A DNA stretch of 64,000 nt, taken from positions 217,496,001-217,560,000 of the forward strand of contig NC_067402.1 of NCBI RefSeq assembly GCF_016432865.1, written 5' to 3'. Of this stretch, positions 31,389 to 55,330 are shown piece by piece. The stretch is from Antechinus flavipes. Lineage: Eukaryota. Numbering within the stretch: the stretch's first letter is position 1; each line of letters begins with the position of its first letter. Position numbers and translations under genes: made by a program. The notes beneath the pieces were generated by a model, which was not told the origin of the DNA, ran no database searches, and saw only the letters and a program-made list of their open reading frames with translations.

Positions 31389-34300
31389 TTAGAATGGTTT
31401 GGTCCTGTTAGGATCATGGTCTATTAGGAATAACTCTGCTCTGTTGTGTTTTAAATCATTTATGTTATCAACTTGAAAGTTTTCTAGATCCACAGAAGCT
31501 TTATTCTTAGCCTCTTGTTCTCTTTCCTGAATAAACTTCATCTGGGAAGAAGGAAAGGAGAGAAAGAAGAGAGAAAGGGACAGATTAGCATTGGCCAGGG
31601 TGGGAAGAACAGGGCCAGGTTGTGTACAGACTAAGTTTTTCCAAGGTTGCTTATGTGTGAAGTTATGAGTGTGTGTGTGTGTGTGTGTGCGAGTTTCTGA
31701 ATGAATGTGTCCATTGTATGAAACTGAATGTTGTAAGCTGATATACAAGGTTATAAGTGTGGAAGATTCAATGTAGGCGACTTATTAATGGTAGAAGATA
31801 TTAACTGTTCCAAACTACACCTGTGATCATTCCTGCCCTGCTTTCTCATAATCAACACTAGGCATTGGCCTTCACATTAAGGCAACACCCTTCACCTGGC
31901 TGAGGAATCCTGACCAGGCTGCTTGTGGCCTACATGACAACACTAGAGGGGGTGTGAGGGAGGTGCAGCAGTTAGTGCTATCTCAGGCTGTGGGTTTGAA
32001 GCACGACAGCCAGGAAGTGAGACTGACAGACAAACGGAAGGGCGGGTAGAAGCCAAGAGCACGGCTCCTTCTTGGGTTGGTAGTTGTGGGTATGGGTCAG
32101 GGGGCCAGAAGGAGCTGCTAGCCTGGCCAGACAGGCCTGGGCATGATGCATGCCCAGAGGCAGTTGGCTGCAGCTGCAGTAAAGGCAGAAGTCAAACGGC
32201 ATGAGGTTGCCAAGCGGCACTTGAACCTGCTCAGAAAGTTGGCAGAGAAGGTAAACGATCCACAGCTCCGGGAAGACATCAGGACCTCACTGGACAAAGT
32301 TAGAGGTGAGAGTGGACCTTATGTCCAATCTGAGGGTATATTTGAGGATCTGAGGAGGGGGGCTTTGACCTATTCAGATTTCACAAATGAGTTTTCACAA
32401 ACTCAAATTTCACAAACTCCTCATCTCCCAAGGCAAAAAGGACTCTGGGGGAAAGAGTACTATTAAGGTTGGGGGATGAGACAGGAAAAGACCCACTTGT
32501 CTCTCTGTCTCTAATAAGAAGTCACTAATGAGGTGACTTTCAGGAATGGGAAAACATGAACAGTTGCTGGTAGTTAGTAGCTTTAAGTGACCTATTTCCT
32601 TATCTAGAGAGATAGGGATAGGAAGAGGCTTAAGGTGAGAAGAATTCTGGGGCAAGATAATTTGATTCCCAGATTTATTCCTAGTACCCACTTGCTGAAC
32701 TTGCTTCCACCATCAAGGAGACAAATATATGTGTACATACACACACAGATTCTTAGACATGTATATTATATATTTAGACAGTGATAGAATGTCAGACATG
32801 CAGAAACACACTAGTTATGGACATACAAGCTCACCAATCTAGAACCCCCCCTCTTGTCTTCTGTCACTTTTCCTCAATATTGTCTTGTTCCTGTCTCCCC
32901 ACCCCAGCTTCCGCTTCACCTCATTAGCACTATTACAGCAAGCAGTGACAACATAGGGAGGAAGTGTTGCCATAGCAATACCATCTGCCACATCCTTCTG
33001 GGCCTTTTCACCCCCCAAATCCTGTGGTGGGGGCCTACGATGGGAGAAAGACATAAGCAGTAGCAAGTCAACTACAGAACTCCACACTGCTTCCATCAAC
33101 AGTTTGGACTTTTGGATTCAAAGTTCTCCGGCCTCCACATTTGAAAGGTCAATGAACTAACCAAGAACAAATCAAGTTTAATTTAGGATGGAGGTGGGGA
33201 CAGGATTAGAGAGGGGAGTAAAGTGAAAATCAGCATAAACTTCAGCCCACCTCCAATTTACTTCATTTTTTTCTACTCTCAACTGTCTGCCTTTGTGGTT
33301 TTCTGTCGCCTAAAGGAGATGAGGGCTACTCAAGATCTTGGTCTTTGCCCAAGACCATTTTTTCTAGAGCTTATTTTATAGAGAATGAGGAAAAAGTAGG
33401 AGGAAAAGCTACCATCCACATGTTTCCCACTGAGAGATTGCTATTTCGATTCTGTTACTAGTCCTGTTGGCCCCTGGGTGGTGAGGATGCTGGTCATTTT
33501 CCCTCTCCCTCTCTACATTATCTCGGGGCACTTATTGCATTTCAGTGACAGGTGTAGGAACTTCAATTAGAGTGGTAAGAGTAGATATATTCCCCCAGGG
33601 ACATTCTGGAAACTCTGCCTGATGAGGACATATGCCTGGTCAAGCATAAGCTCTGCCCCTTTCAGCAGAGAAGGGAGAGGTTTTGAGTGGGTTGTGATGG
33701 CAATATCCAGGCTCTGTCCAAGAGAAAGAGGAAAGGCATCTATCTCTGAGGAGGCTCCCTTCTCCGAAATTCCTTGGCGATGGCTGGGATGTGACAATTC
33801 CTTACAGATATAGTTGTACCTATTATACAGAAAGAGAAACCGAAGACCAGGGATAGGAAAATAAAATTAGAGGTGACAACTCCTCTACCCTCATTCCCTA
33901 CGGATCACAGAGAACCAGGTGTACAGGCGCCCGTGTCCAGGAGAGGGCGACATCTCGGCTTCTCCAAGTCATTTTGCAAAGCTGGGAAAGCCGACCCCTA
34001 GGTTGGGCGCTGAGGGAGGTAGGGTACAAGAGCCGCTCAGAGAACAGATTCCCTCCTCCTCCCCAACCTGGTCCCCGTTTAGTTCCCAATACGGGCCCCG
34101 CTCGCCGGCGGCTCCTGCCTCCAAGAGCCGCCCACGGCAACTCTTATTATAGCCTAGGCTGCGTCAGGGGGAGGAAAAGAAAGAAAAGGAAGATGGGGAG
34201 GATGTTTGGTCCCCAGGGTTCGAAGGAGGGGTCTGGAGAGGCTATGTACAGTCCCTGCTGCATCCTGTCCCGAAGCCAGTGCCTTTCCCCCTAATTCCGA

Positions 34301-34511
34301 GGTGCCTACACTAGTGCGCAGGACCCAGGGTTATTCACTTTGTCCCTTTTCTAGGAAGAATATGAATCCTCTGATTTAGAGTACTAGGAGATTTATAGAC
34401 CCCCCCCCTCTACTCTACTCCCATTCTATTCCCCTTCCAAAAAAGTCTACAAACCTAAGGAAAATGGGAACCTGGGAGTTTTCGGCTCCCACTCCCTAGG
34501 TGAACCGCCAT
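31389..34511 (-). other. Candidate unannotated multi-exon antisense gene or pseudogene
   Basis: exon-like segments with canonical sites and compatible phases (34511-34472, 34153-34068, 33981-33902, 33819-33459, 33309-33251, 33034-32920, 31541-31389); no homologue recognised; two in-frame stops in the 33819-33459 segment. Confidence 0.35.
32146..32305 (+). CDS. AGAP2: AGAP2 alternative first coding exon (short PIKE-A/GGAP2-like isoform)
   Basis: (M)MHAQRQLAAAAVKAEVKRHEVAKRHLNLLRKLAEKVNDPQLREDIRTSLDKVR G|gtgaga; phase 1 joins exon 2 to give ..KVREAVVNSQEW; ATG could be 32143. Confidence 0.92.
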
Positions 34512-36239
34512 CTTCCTGACAAACACACTAATGTACACGCCTACGTTGTTGGGGAGTAATACCAAAGTGGGGTTTTCTTCACCCCAACTTTTTCATCAAC
34601 AACCTGTTCCTTTCCCTTTCTCCAGAGACCCTCTTTGATTTCCCTTCCTTCCACTGATCCCTCTACCCATTATTCCCGCAGTTTCCCGGGTACTTTCCGA
34701 GCCATGGTTGCCATGGCTACAGAATGCATTTTTGTGAGAGTGGAGGGGTGTAATGCCACAGATTTACATCCTCCTCTCCGCTGGGGAGTCTTTGATTTAC
34801 TGTGCCCTGGTAGGGAAGGCTCCCTACCTTCCGCCAAACAACTTGGTGCCCTGTTCCGTGTCCTCGGGGGTAGCTGGGAACTTGGAATGCCAAATTCACT
34901 CCAGGACAGGTTTAGGATTGGGTAGTAGTAGCCTACATCCCCGCGAGGGTGAAAGGGAACTAAGGATTTACCGTAGGAATCGTTCCCATGCACTCGCTTT
35001 ACTGAAGGAGAATAGCCGAAGTCCTAGTTCGGCTCGAGGTCCTCACCCCTTAGGTCTCTTAGGTCTCTTAGGAGAGCAGGGTCGAGAGGCTTCCGAACTT
35101 CGTTCTTCAAAAAACGTCTCTTCCCCCCCGAATTGGCAAAGGGGCAGAACTGATGCTTTTCGCGGTTATAGTTACTGACCTTCCATCTACATTCACGGAC
35201 CCCCTTTCATCATCACGTCCAGCTGCTCCAAGAAGGGCAAAAGCGGGGAGTGGAATGCGGGGGGAGCGGGGGAGGAGAGGGGCATGACTTAGTCTGTTTA
35301 AATCCAGTCCGAGATTTGGGGAGGAATCCAGTCCGGGGCTTAGGAGGGAAATCCAGTTCTGGATTTCGCACCTTCCATTTAGACAGCCGGGCTGGTGTGT
35401 GTGTGTATGTGTGTGGTGGGGAGGTAGGGGGGAGATTTGGTTGGGAGGGGGGGGCGGCAGGGGGCCGCCTCCTCCTCAGTGTGAGGGGAGCACCCGGATA
35501 CATCGCGCATCCGGACCAAGCCGAGTCCCGGTGAACCCCCGCGAATCCCTGGACCCTCGCCTAGACCCCAAACCCCTCCCTCCCCTAGACCCTCCGGCCC
35601 CCATCATCCTCCCGCATCCTCCTGCATCCTTCCCCCCACCGCCTTCTCATTACATCTCCATCCTGCATCCTATCCTCCCTGCGCCCCCGCGTATCCACCG
35701 CATTTCCCTCACCCCTTACATCCCCTTCATCTGGACCCCACCCCCAGTCCCTTTCCCCTGATCTCCATCCTCCACCCTTCTCCTAAGCACACCCCCAACC
35801 CGCCAAACCTCATCGCCCCCGCACTCTGTCTCTTCTGCCTGCCCCCTTCCCTGGCATCTCTGTTTCCCCCACGTCGCCTATTTGCCCTGTCCACCCCCTC
35901 CTACTCTCTCAAGCCTTCCCCTTCAAGACTCTATCTCTGCTTCTATCCTTGGGGGATGCGAGGTTACGCCCTCGCCTCCTGAGAGCCGCACTAAAGGTCC
36001 CGGGCCTCGGAAAGGGTTGGGGGTGCAGGGTGGGGGGCATGGAGAGGAGGAGCCCTGTGTGATGGGAGGGGGGCGCTCTCCGAATAGGCGGAGGCGGCGG
36101 GGACCTAGGAGCCTGGGCGGGGGTTGAACAGGGGACTGAGTCCAGCGGCAAGCACGCAGAGCTACCCCATGGCCGGGCCTCCCTGAGCCAATTTGGGGGA
36201 AGCCCCCTTCCCACCCCAGCCCGGGGGTTTCGGGGCCCC

Positions 36240-36240
<1 letters not shown>
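33900..36240. promoter_or_regulatory. CpG-retaining promoter/leader region of AGAP2 long isoform
   Basis: CpG retention; YY1-type CCGCCATCTT 34505-34514, X-box 34707-34720, TGCGTCA near 34160, C-rich leader. Confidence 0.6.
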
Positions 36241-48179
<11,939 letters not shown>

Positions 48180-49002
48180 CGGCACCACGCGGACAGACAC
48201 ACCCACACTCCCCTACAGCCTGCCCCAACTTCTGTGCTCCGGGAAGGGACCCTACCTGCCCCCCACACCCCCCACGCCACCACCACCGACCAGCACGGAC
48301 ACCCTCCTTGTGGACTGTTGGACACAGATTCCCTCCTCCCTTCTCCACGGGCACGTATCCCACCACGCACACACAACGGACACTGAACCCTCACCCCCTA
48401 CGGCACCCTCTCTTTCCCTTATCTGTTCCCTCCCAACCTTCCCCTCTCCAAGGGATACAGTCTCCCGCACTCTCCCTAGCCGAGGCACGGAGACCCTTTT
48501 GTGCGCATTAACAGCCCGGGTTCCCCAGCCGGACACGACCGATTTCTCTCTCTCCACCTCGGGAACTCTCCGTGTTCCTGCTAGCGTTTGGGAAGGGAGA
48601 TTGACCTTTGCTACTTTAACACTGGGCTCTTGGACCTACCCTCTGCTGGCTCCTGGGAAAGGGGGAAAAAGAAGTTTGCGCTTCAGATCCAGGATGACTC
48701 ACGCTTCCTCCCCGCCCCCATTCGTTGGACAGTTCGGCCCCCAGAGTCCTATGCCCAGGCTGGCTCCTGGGGAGAGGGGAAGGTATCAAGGTGTTGGGGT
48801 GGGGGAGGGGGCGCTGGTCATGGGAGCTGAGGGTAATTCTGGGGGATAGAAGGCTTGTTCACGGGCCCTTCCCACTCCCTCCATACCTGACTTCACTGCC
48901 CAACAACAGGGGAAGTGGGCAGCGAGGGGCAGGACCCCGGCTACCCATGGGGGTGGGGACCCCAACCCTTTCCGTGAAAGGGACCAATGGGGGGGAGGCT
49001 AA

Positions 49003-49008
49003 AATAAA
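49003..49008 (+). terminator. Candidate AGAP2 polyadenylation signal AATAAA (alternative ATTAAA at 49831-49836)
   Basis: first AATAAA about 820 nt after the stop. Confidence 0.45.
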
Positions 49009-49607
49009 GATTCCCTCCCTACACACCCACAGCCACGCTCACATCCACCAAAGGATGGACTAGGGCTGGGGAGCCAGAGGCCTGGCTTCCTCTCTCCACA
49101 ACAGCTAGAGAGGGGTGATGAATGAGATGGGGGCTCATGGAACTGGGGAGGAAATTGTAATTTATTGCTTTGTGCCCCCTTGGGAGAGGGGGCTGGGGAG
49201 GGGGGAGGGCTGGGCCGTGGGGAGGGGGGGTGGGTTGGGGGAAACTTGGGGGGTGGGGGGTGCTCTTGGGTTGTGAGTGTCTGTGACTGTGACTGCCTAA
49301 CTGTGACTGTCCAGAGCCCCGTGGTGTCCTGAGCCAGAGGACACCCCAACCACGGGACTCCCTTCTCCCCCAAGTTTCACCTTCCCCTCCCTCTTGCAGG
49401 AGAAGCTCTAGATCCAGCCTCCCGCCCCTTCCCCCACCAGACTCCCTGAAACTTTCCAGCCAGGTAAAGAAGTTAAACCGGCTGGGATAGGTCCCCCATT
49501 GGCCTGCCCCCCCTTCCCTTCCTCAAGCAGGTCGGGATTTCCTTGCCCCCACCCTCACCCCCTTACTCACCATAGCCCCAGAGGCCAGTTGGTGTAAGTG
49601 TTTTAGG

Positions 49608-49710
49608 TATTTTTTGTTTTGTTTTGTTTGTTTTGTTTGCTTTGTTTCCTTTTGTTTTGTTTTGGGTTCTTTGGTTTTTTGGTTGTTTGGGTTGTTTTGG
49701 GGGTTTTTTG
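49608..49710. repeat. (GTTTT)n-like T/G-rich tract
   Basis: direct reading. Confidence 0.85.
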
Positions 49711-51879
49711 GCTAAAATATTTTGGAGAGGACTAGTGTGTTTGGGGAGAGGGTGGAAGAAAGGGGCAATGGTAATGATCCCCCCACCATTTGCCTCCCCT
49801 GAATCAGGTGGTATGAGTCTTCTTCAAACAATTAAAAAGGCAGTGATTTTGACTGAGGGAGTGTAGCTCTGGTCTGTCTAAGGGCTGAGGGCTGGAATTT
49901 TCATATAAAGCATAGAATCTGAAAGTTGGAGGGACTTCAGTGATCATTTAGACTAACCCATATAGGAGCAGGAATCCCCAACACAGAGAAAGAGTCTGAC
50001 AGATACTTAAATTAATAGTTTTTAAAAATACCAACCTCACATTTTCATAACATTTTACATTTACAAAATACTTTCTTATCTTGTTATCTCATTTGATCCT
50101 CACAATGATATTGTGAGGAAGATTAAGTAGGAGCATCATAAACTCCATTAAACAGATGAGGAAGCTGAGAGTTAGAGATGAAGAAACTGGTCAGGTGCTG
50201 GGTAGGAGCTGAAAGGGGGGAGATATTCAAGGTGAGAGTTCTGTCCAGTTTGACTCTTCCAAGTTTTAGAAAGGTAGGGACTATGAAGTGGAGGTTGGAA
50301 GGTAAGCATTAAAAAACAGACTATATCGAATAGAGTGGGTATGGCAGGATAGGTCCTGAGTAGTGAGTCTCAGAACTGCTCCAGGGATTTGGGGAGAATA
50401 TCGAGAGAGTCTAATTAAAGAGTCATGAGGGGCTGCATTAAAATTAGTAACTATGCAGAATGAGGGGTACCAATCAGGGAAATGAAGAGAACCAATTAAG
50501 TTTCTGGGAGACTGAGCATGAGATCTATCTCCCCTAGTCTTCTTTGGTTCTTTCCTTAGTCCTTCCCCTCTCACCTCCCATTTGCTTACTTAGAATATGG
50601 AGAACACAGAGGGTACAATTCCAATCCTCTTGCTCAATGATAGAGCTAGAGTAAAAAGGGATGGGAGGTCACACACTCTTAGGTGTCCTGACTGTGTAGA
50701 GGGACTACACATTCATCTACTTCATGCAGCAAAGGGAGCTGAAATGTCCCTTTTCCAGCCCCTCCATAGATCATGGTAGTTTAATACCTCCGGTATTAGC
50801 ACCTGATGAGTTCCAGCTCTATTGAGGATCAGTGATTCGCACCCAGATGAAAGGTTGTTAGGGAGGAAGGAACCTGCAGGCAAGGTAACACAAGATCTGG
50901 TCATCATTCACCTTCACTCTCTTTTTGGATCAGTGATGCTGAGCTCCTGGCCTCAAGGTAAAATTTCTCTTGGCCTTTCTCAAGACCAGCTCCAAATATC
51001 TCAGGTCTGGATCCTCAACCAAGCTTGAACAGTATCTTCTAGCAGCTTATTGAGGGCCCAGCTCTGCAGAGTTCTAGGCTGACTAATCCATTACAGGAAC
51101 ATTATTGTGCCTGAGAATATGCCACTAAAAATGAAGGTGTTTTTGGCAAGAGGTAGGGAAATGAAATGTATATGCTGGAAGGAAGGTGAGAAAGGAGAGG
51201 GCAGGAGTGGACACCTCCATGTCTCAATCCACCTTCCAAATACTGCTACATGCAACATGTCTTTTGACTCTTGCACCATCTACCACCTAAAAGGCAAAGT
51301 TAATTTCCCCTTGGCTTATCTCGAAATCCTTCTAGCCTTAAGGAATAGCTGAGTCTGCCAAGAGAAATGGGTATTGGCAAGGGGAAGGGGGTGATGAGGC
51401 ACATACTAGGTTAAAGACTGGTCAATAGGGATAAAATGAAGCAAGCTGTCTAGAGAAAGGATTTGAAGAGCTTCTTCAGTTTCTATCTTACAACCTACAC
51501 TGGAGACAGGAGACAATTGAGTTCTATCACCACACTTTAGGTAAATCTTTGCTTCTAATGGGTACATACTACATACTATTCTTGACTCTTAGTTCAAATA
51601 AAGAGTTTGAGCACAGTTCAATGTAATAAACATAGGCCTGAGTGAGATAAGACATTATCTCTGCCATCATAGAATTTACAATTCAGAAGCAAATATAATA
51701 TAGAAATATATCACTATTATATAAAATAGCACATGATTAATTCATAAGAGCAAATAAATGTCATGTAAAGTCCATGAGTAAAGGTTCCCGAAAAGGGGGA
51801 AGATCAGGAAGATCTCTGGAAGAAGGAAGCTCTCTTGTACTTTCAAACAATGAATAGAGGTTGATGAGATCATAGGTAT

Positions 51880-52040
51880 AAAGTTGAAGAGGATCTAATA
51901 GATAATTTAGCCCAATCCCTTCATTTTACACGGAAGGAAACTGAGACTGAGTGATTCAACAAAAGTCACACATGTAAGTAAGTACTAAAGGTAGACTTTG
52001 ACCCAGATTTTTTCATTCCAGAACCAGTGTTCTTTGCACT
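51880..52040 (-). mobile_element. MIR/CORE-SINE (further copies near 30300-30450, 40430-40560, 50050-50170, 53800-53950)
   Basis: tcattttacacggaaggaaactgagac core. Confidence 0.65.
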
Positions 52041-52429
52041 GTACTATTCAGCCTCTTTCAACAAGTAGAGGGAATTCTAAAGATAGGGGTAACATAAGTA
52101 AATGCATAAAACAAGGAAAGTACGGGGTGAATATGGGCAAAAGCAAGTAGGTCCATTTTGACTCAAATGTTTCATAAATGTAAGGGAATACATGGAACAA
52201 TTTTGGAAAGGTGATACCAAATTGGAAAAGTCCTTAAATAATTAGGCAAAGGAGTATGAACTATACCTAGAATCACTGAATCTGAGAGTTGGGGGTCCTA
52301 TGAGATGATATCATCTGCACAGCATTCCCAAGGATTAAACATCCCTCCTCTAAGGAAGATCTCTATTGATGGGAAACACACTATCTACTGAAGCAGCCCA
52401 TTCCATGTATGGACAGCTCCTATTATTTA

Positions 52430-54250
52430 ATTCATCAATCAATGAACAAGTATTTTAAGTACCTACTATGTATCAGGTACTATACTAGGTACTGGGGGAA
52501 TAAGAAAGAAATAAGCATTTATTAAGTACCTACTATGTATCAAGAATTATACTAGGCATTGGGGAAGTGATGAAAGAATAAGCATTTATTAAGCATGCAT
52601 TATATGCTCAGCAGTTTATTAAGCAGTTGACAAAGGACAAAGAGAAATGGTTTCTGGCTGAAAGAGCCTATAAGCTTGCCAAGTAAACAACATGTGTATA
52701 TAAAAATATTTATGAAAAATAAAAAGGATAAATAGTGGGAGGAGGGAATAAGGCCCTAGCATATATCAGGAGAATCAGGGGAAAACATGTAGAAAGAAGG
52801 GGGCACTTGAGTGGAACTTAACTTGAAGGAAATTAGGAATTTCAAGAGTTAATGAGAAGGAAGTACATTCCAGGGAAGAGAAAGAGGTGATAGATAGAGG
52901 GATAAAAGCATGAAAAGGAAAAAATAGGATATCTTGTATGAAGAACACTATGGCTAATTAATAAAGTTATGCATATAAAGGGGTGGGAAATTATGCTAAG
53001 ACAAAGTTGGAAAGGGCTTTAAATGGTCAAAGAGTTTACATTTGATCTTGAAAGAATAGAAAATCACAGGAGTTGCTTGAGTAGAGGAATTACATGGTCA
53101 GACCTTCCTACATGGAGTGGGAAGAGACTTAAGGTCAATAGATCTCATAGAAGATCGATATAAATAGAAGCGAAAGATAGCTAGAAACGAAAGTGGCTTG
53201 AACTAGGTTGCTGGTTCTGTGAGAAGGAAACAGATGCTAGAGATGTTCTATAAGGTATAAACAAGGTTTAAACAAAAATAAGCACTGTTGGTGTAAGTGA
53301 TGTGAGAGTAGAGAGTTGAAGCTGCAAACCTGGGTGACAGGGAGGATGATGGTGCCCTCCACAGAAACAGAGAAGTTCAGGAGAGTAGTGGATCTTGGGG
53401 AAAACTAGTGAGTTCTGCTTTAGACATGTTAAATTTGAGATGCTTATTGGAAATCCAATTTAAAATGTTCAATGAACAGTTGGAGATGTCGAAGTTCAGG
53501 AGAGACACTAGAACTAGATATACATAACTATATATAACATAAACTGATGAGGCAACCAAGAGCGATTGAAGAGAGAGGAGAAGAAAGGAAAGGGGAGGAC
53601 AGAAGAAGACAAGGAAAGGAGAGGAGAATGGAGGGGAAAAGAAGGAAGAAAAAAGAAGGGGAGGAGAGAAAAAGGAAGGGGAGAATCTAGGGGGAAATGT
53701 AGACTATAGATGGGAAATGTGATATGGATGATCAGACAAAAGAGAAAGGCATCTAGGTATCAGTAGATAGTGCTTAAGTAATGACCTAAGTTCAAATGTT
53801 GACTCAATTACTGTATAACTATAAATTTCTTAAACTGCCTCAGTTTCCTCATATATAAAATGAGAATGATGACACAAACTTCCCAGGGTTGTTGTGGGAA
53901 TAAAATGAGATCATATTTGTCAAGCACTTTGAAAATCTTAAAGTATTATATAATTGCTAGTTCTTATGATATTGATGTGACCAAAGAGACTCTAAAGGAA
54001 TGGTTAAAGAGAAAGAGGAAAACTAAGAGACAGCTGCATCACAAAAACTCAGGAAGAAAGATTGGTCAGTAGCACCAAATGCTGCAGAGAGGTCAAGAAA
54101 GATAAAGATTGAGAAAAGGTCATTGGATTGGGCAATGAAGAGATCATTGGTGACTTTGAAAAGAATAATTTTATTTAAGTAATAAGGATGGAAGTTAGAT
54201 TTCAGATGGTTTGGAAGAGAGAGGAGAATTGGAGACAGTGACTATAGATC
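52430..54250 (-). mobile_element. Degraded L2 LINE
   Basis: L2 tail motifs (taagtacctactatgtatcagg) and remnant ORF2 peptide NWISNKHLKFNMSKAELTSFP at 53377-53559. Confidence 0.75.
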
Positions 54251-54392
54251 ACCATTTCAGGGATTCTGGTTAAGAAAAAGAAAAGATATTGGATGGTTGC
54301 ATCTGGTAAGGATTTTTTCAGGGTGGAAGGGATGAGCATGCATATAGTTATCAGGAAAAGAAGCAATACAGAGAAGGAAGATCATATTGGGG

Positions 54393-54985
54393 CAATCAGC
54401 TGGAGAAAAGGGAAAGAAGGGGATCAAGGATATATAAAGAGAGCTTGGTCTTAGTGAGAAAAGCTGTTTTTTTCTCAAAGACTGGCGCATAGTAGATAGT
54501 TGGGGATGATGTCAAGGATTTGTAAAATATAAAGATAGGGAAAAGAGGAAATTCACAGCAAATGGCATTCGGCAAAGTATGAATTTGAGGTCCTCAACTG
54601 AAAAAGTGAAGAAGTAACATGGAGAAAGAAGATGGATTATAGTGAGACAATCAGCTGGAGAAAAGGGAAAGAAGGGGATCAAGGATATATAAAGAAAGCT
54701 TGGCCTTAGTGAAGAGAAAAGCTGCCTTTTTCTCAGAGACTGGAGCATAGTAGATAGTTGGAGATGGTGTCAAGGAATTGTAAGATAAAAAGAGAAAAGA
54801 GGAAGTCTAGCAAATGGCATTGATTTTCTCAGTAAAGTATGAAGTTGAGGTCCTCAACTAAAAGAGTGAAGAAGTAACATGGAGAAAGATGAGAGAAGGT
54901 GGATCATAGTGGGAAAATTCATAGCAAATGGCACTGATTTTCCCAGTAAAGTTATTAAGTCCTCAACTGAAAGAGTGAAGGGGAA
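54393..54985. repeat. About 255-bp tandem duplication plus partial third copy
   Basis: CAATCAGCTGGAGAAAAGGGAAAGAAGGGGATCAAGGATATATAAAG at 54393 and 54648. Confidence 0.9.
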
Positions 54986-55114
54986 AGATAGTATGGGAGG
55001 TTTAAGAAGAGAAGGAAAAGTTTGGAAGAGACACTACAAAAAATGGGGATATTAAAATTAATTTGGAGGAAAACTATTGCCTTGCTACAATGAAGGCCTA
55101 TTTGAGTGTTTACT

Positions 55115-55330
55115 TTTGTTAAGCTCAGTCATTTTTTTCAGTTGTATTCAACTCTGTGATTCTATTTGGGATTTTCTTGGCAAAGATACTGAAATGTTTT
55201 GGCTTTTCCTTCTCCAGCTCATTTAACAGATAAGGAAACTGAAGCAAATGGGGTTAAATAACTTGCCCAGGGTCACAGCTTGTGTCTAAGAGAGGATTTG
55301 AATTCAGGAAAATGAGTCCAGTCTCAGTGT
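55115..55330 (-). mobile_element. Mar1-like marsupial CORE-SINE
   Basis: gggattttcttggcaaagatactg..ttttccttctccagctcatttaacagataaggaaactgaagca..ttgcccagggtcacag. Confidence 0.7.

Noticed and set aside
33035-33156. Extra exon of the antisense candidate starting at 33156 (ttggttag|TTCATTG)
   Set aside because: All three frames close within about 60 nt and no donor leaves a long enough intron; not needed for the in-frame chain
53377-53559. 60-aa ORF with protein-like text
   Set aside because: L2 ORF2 remnant, not a host gene
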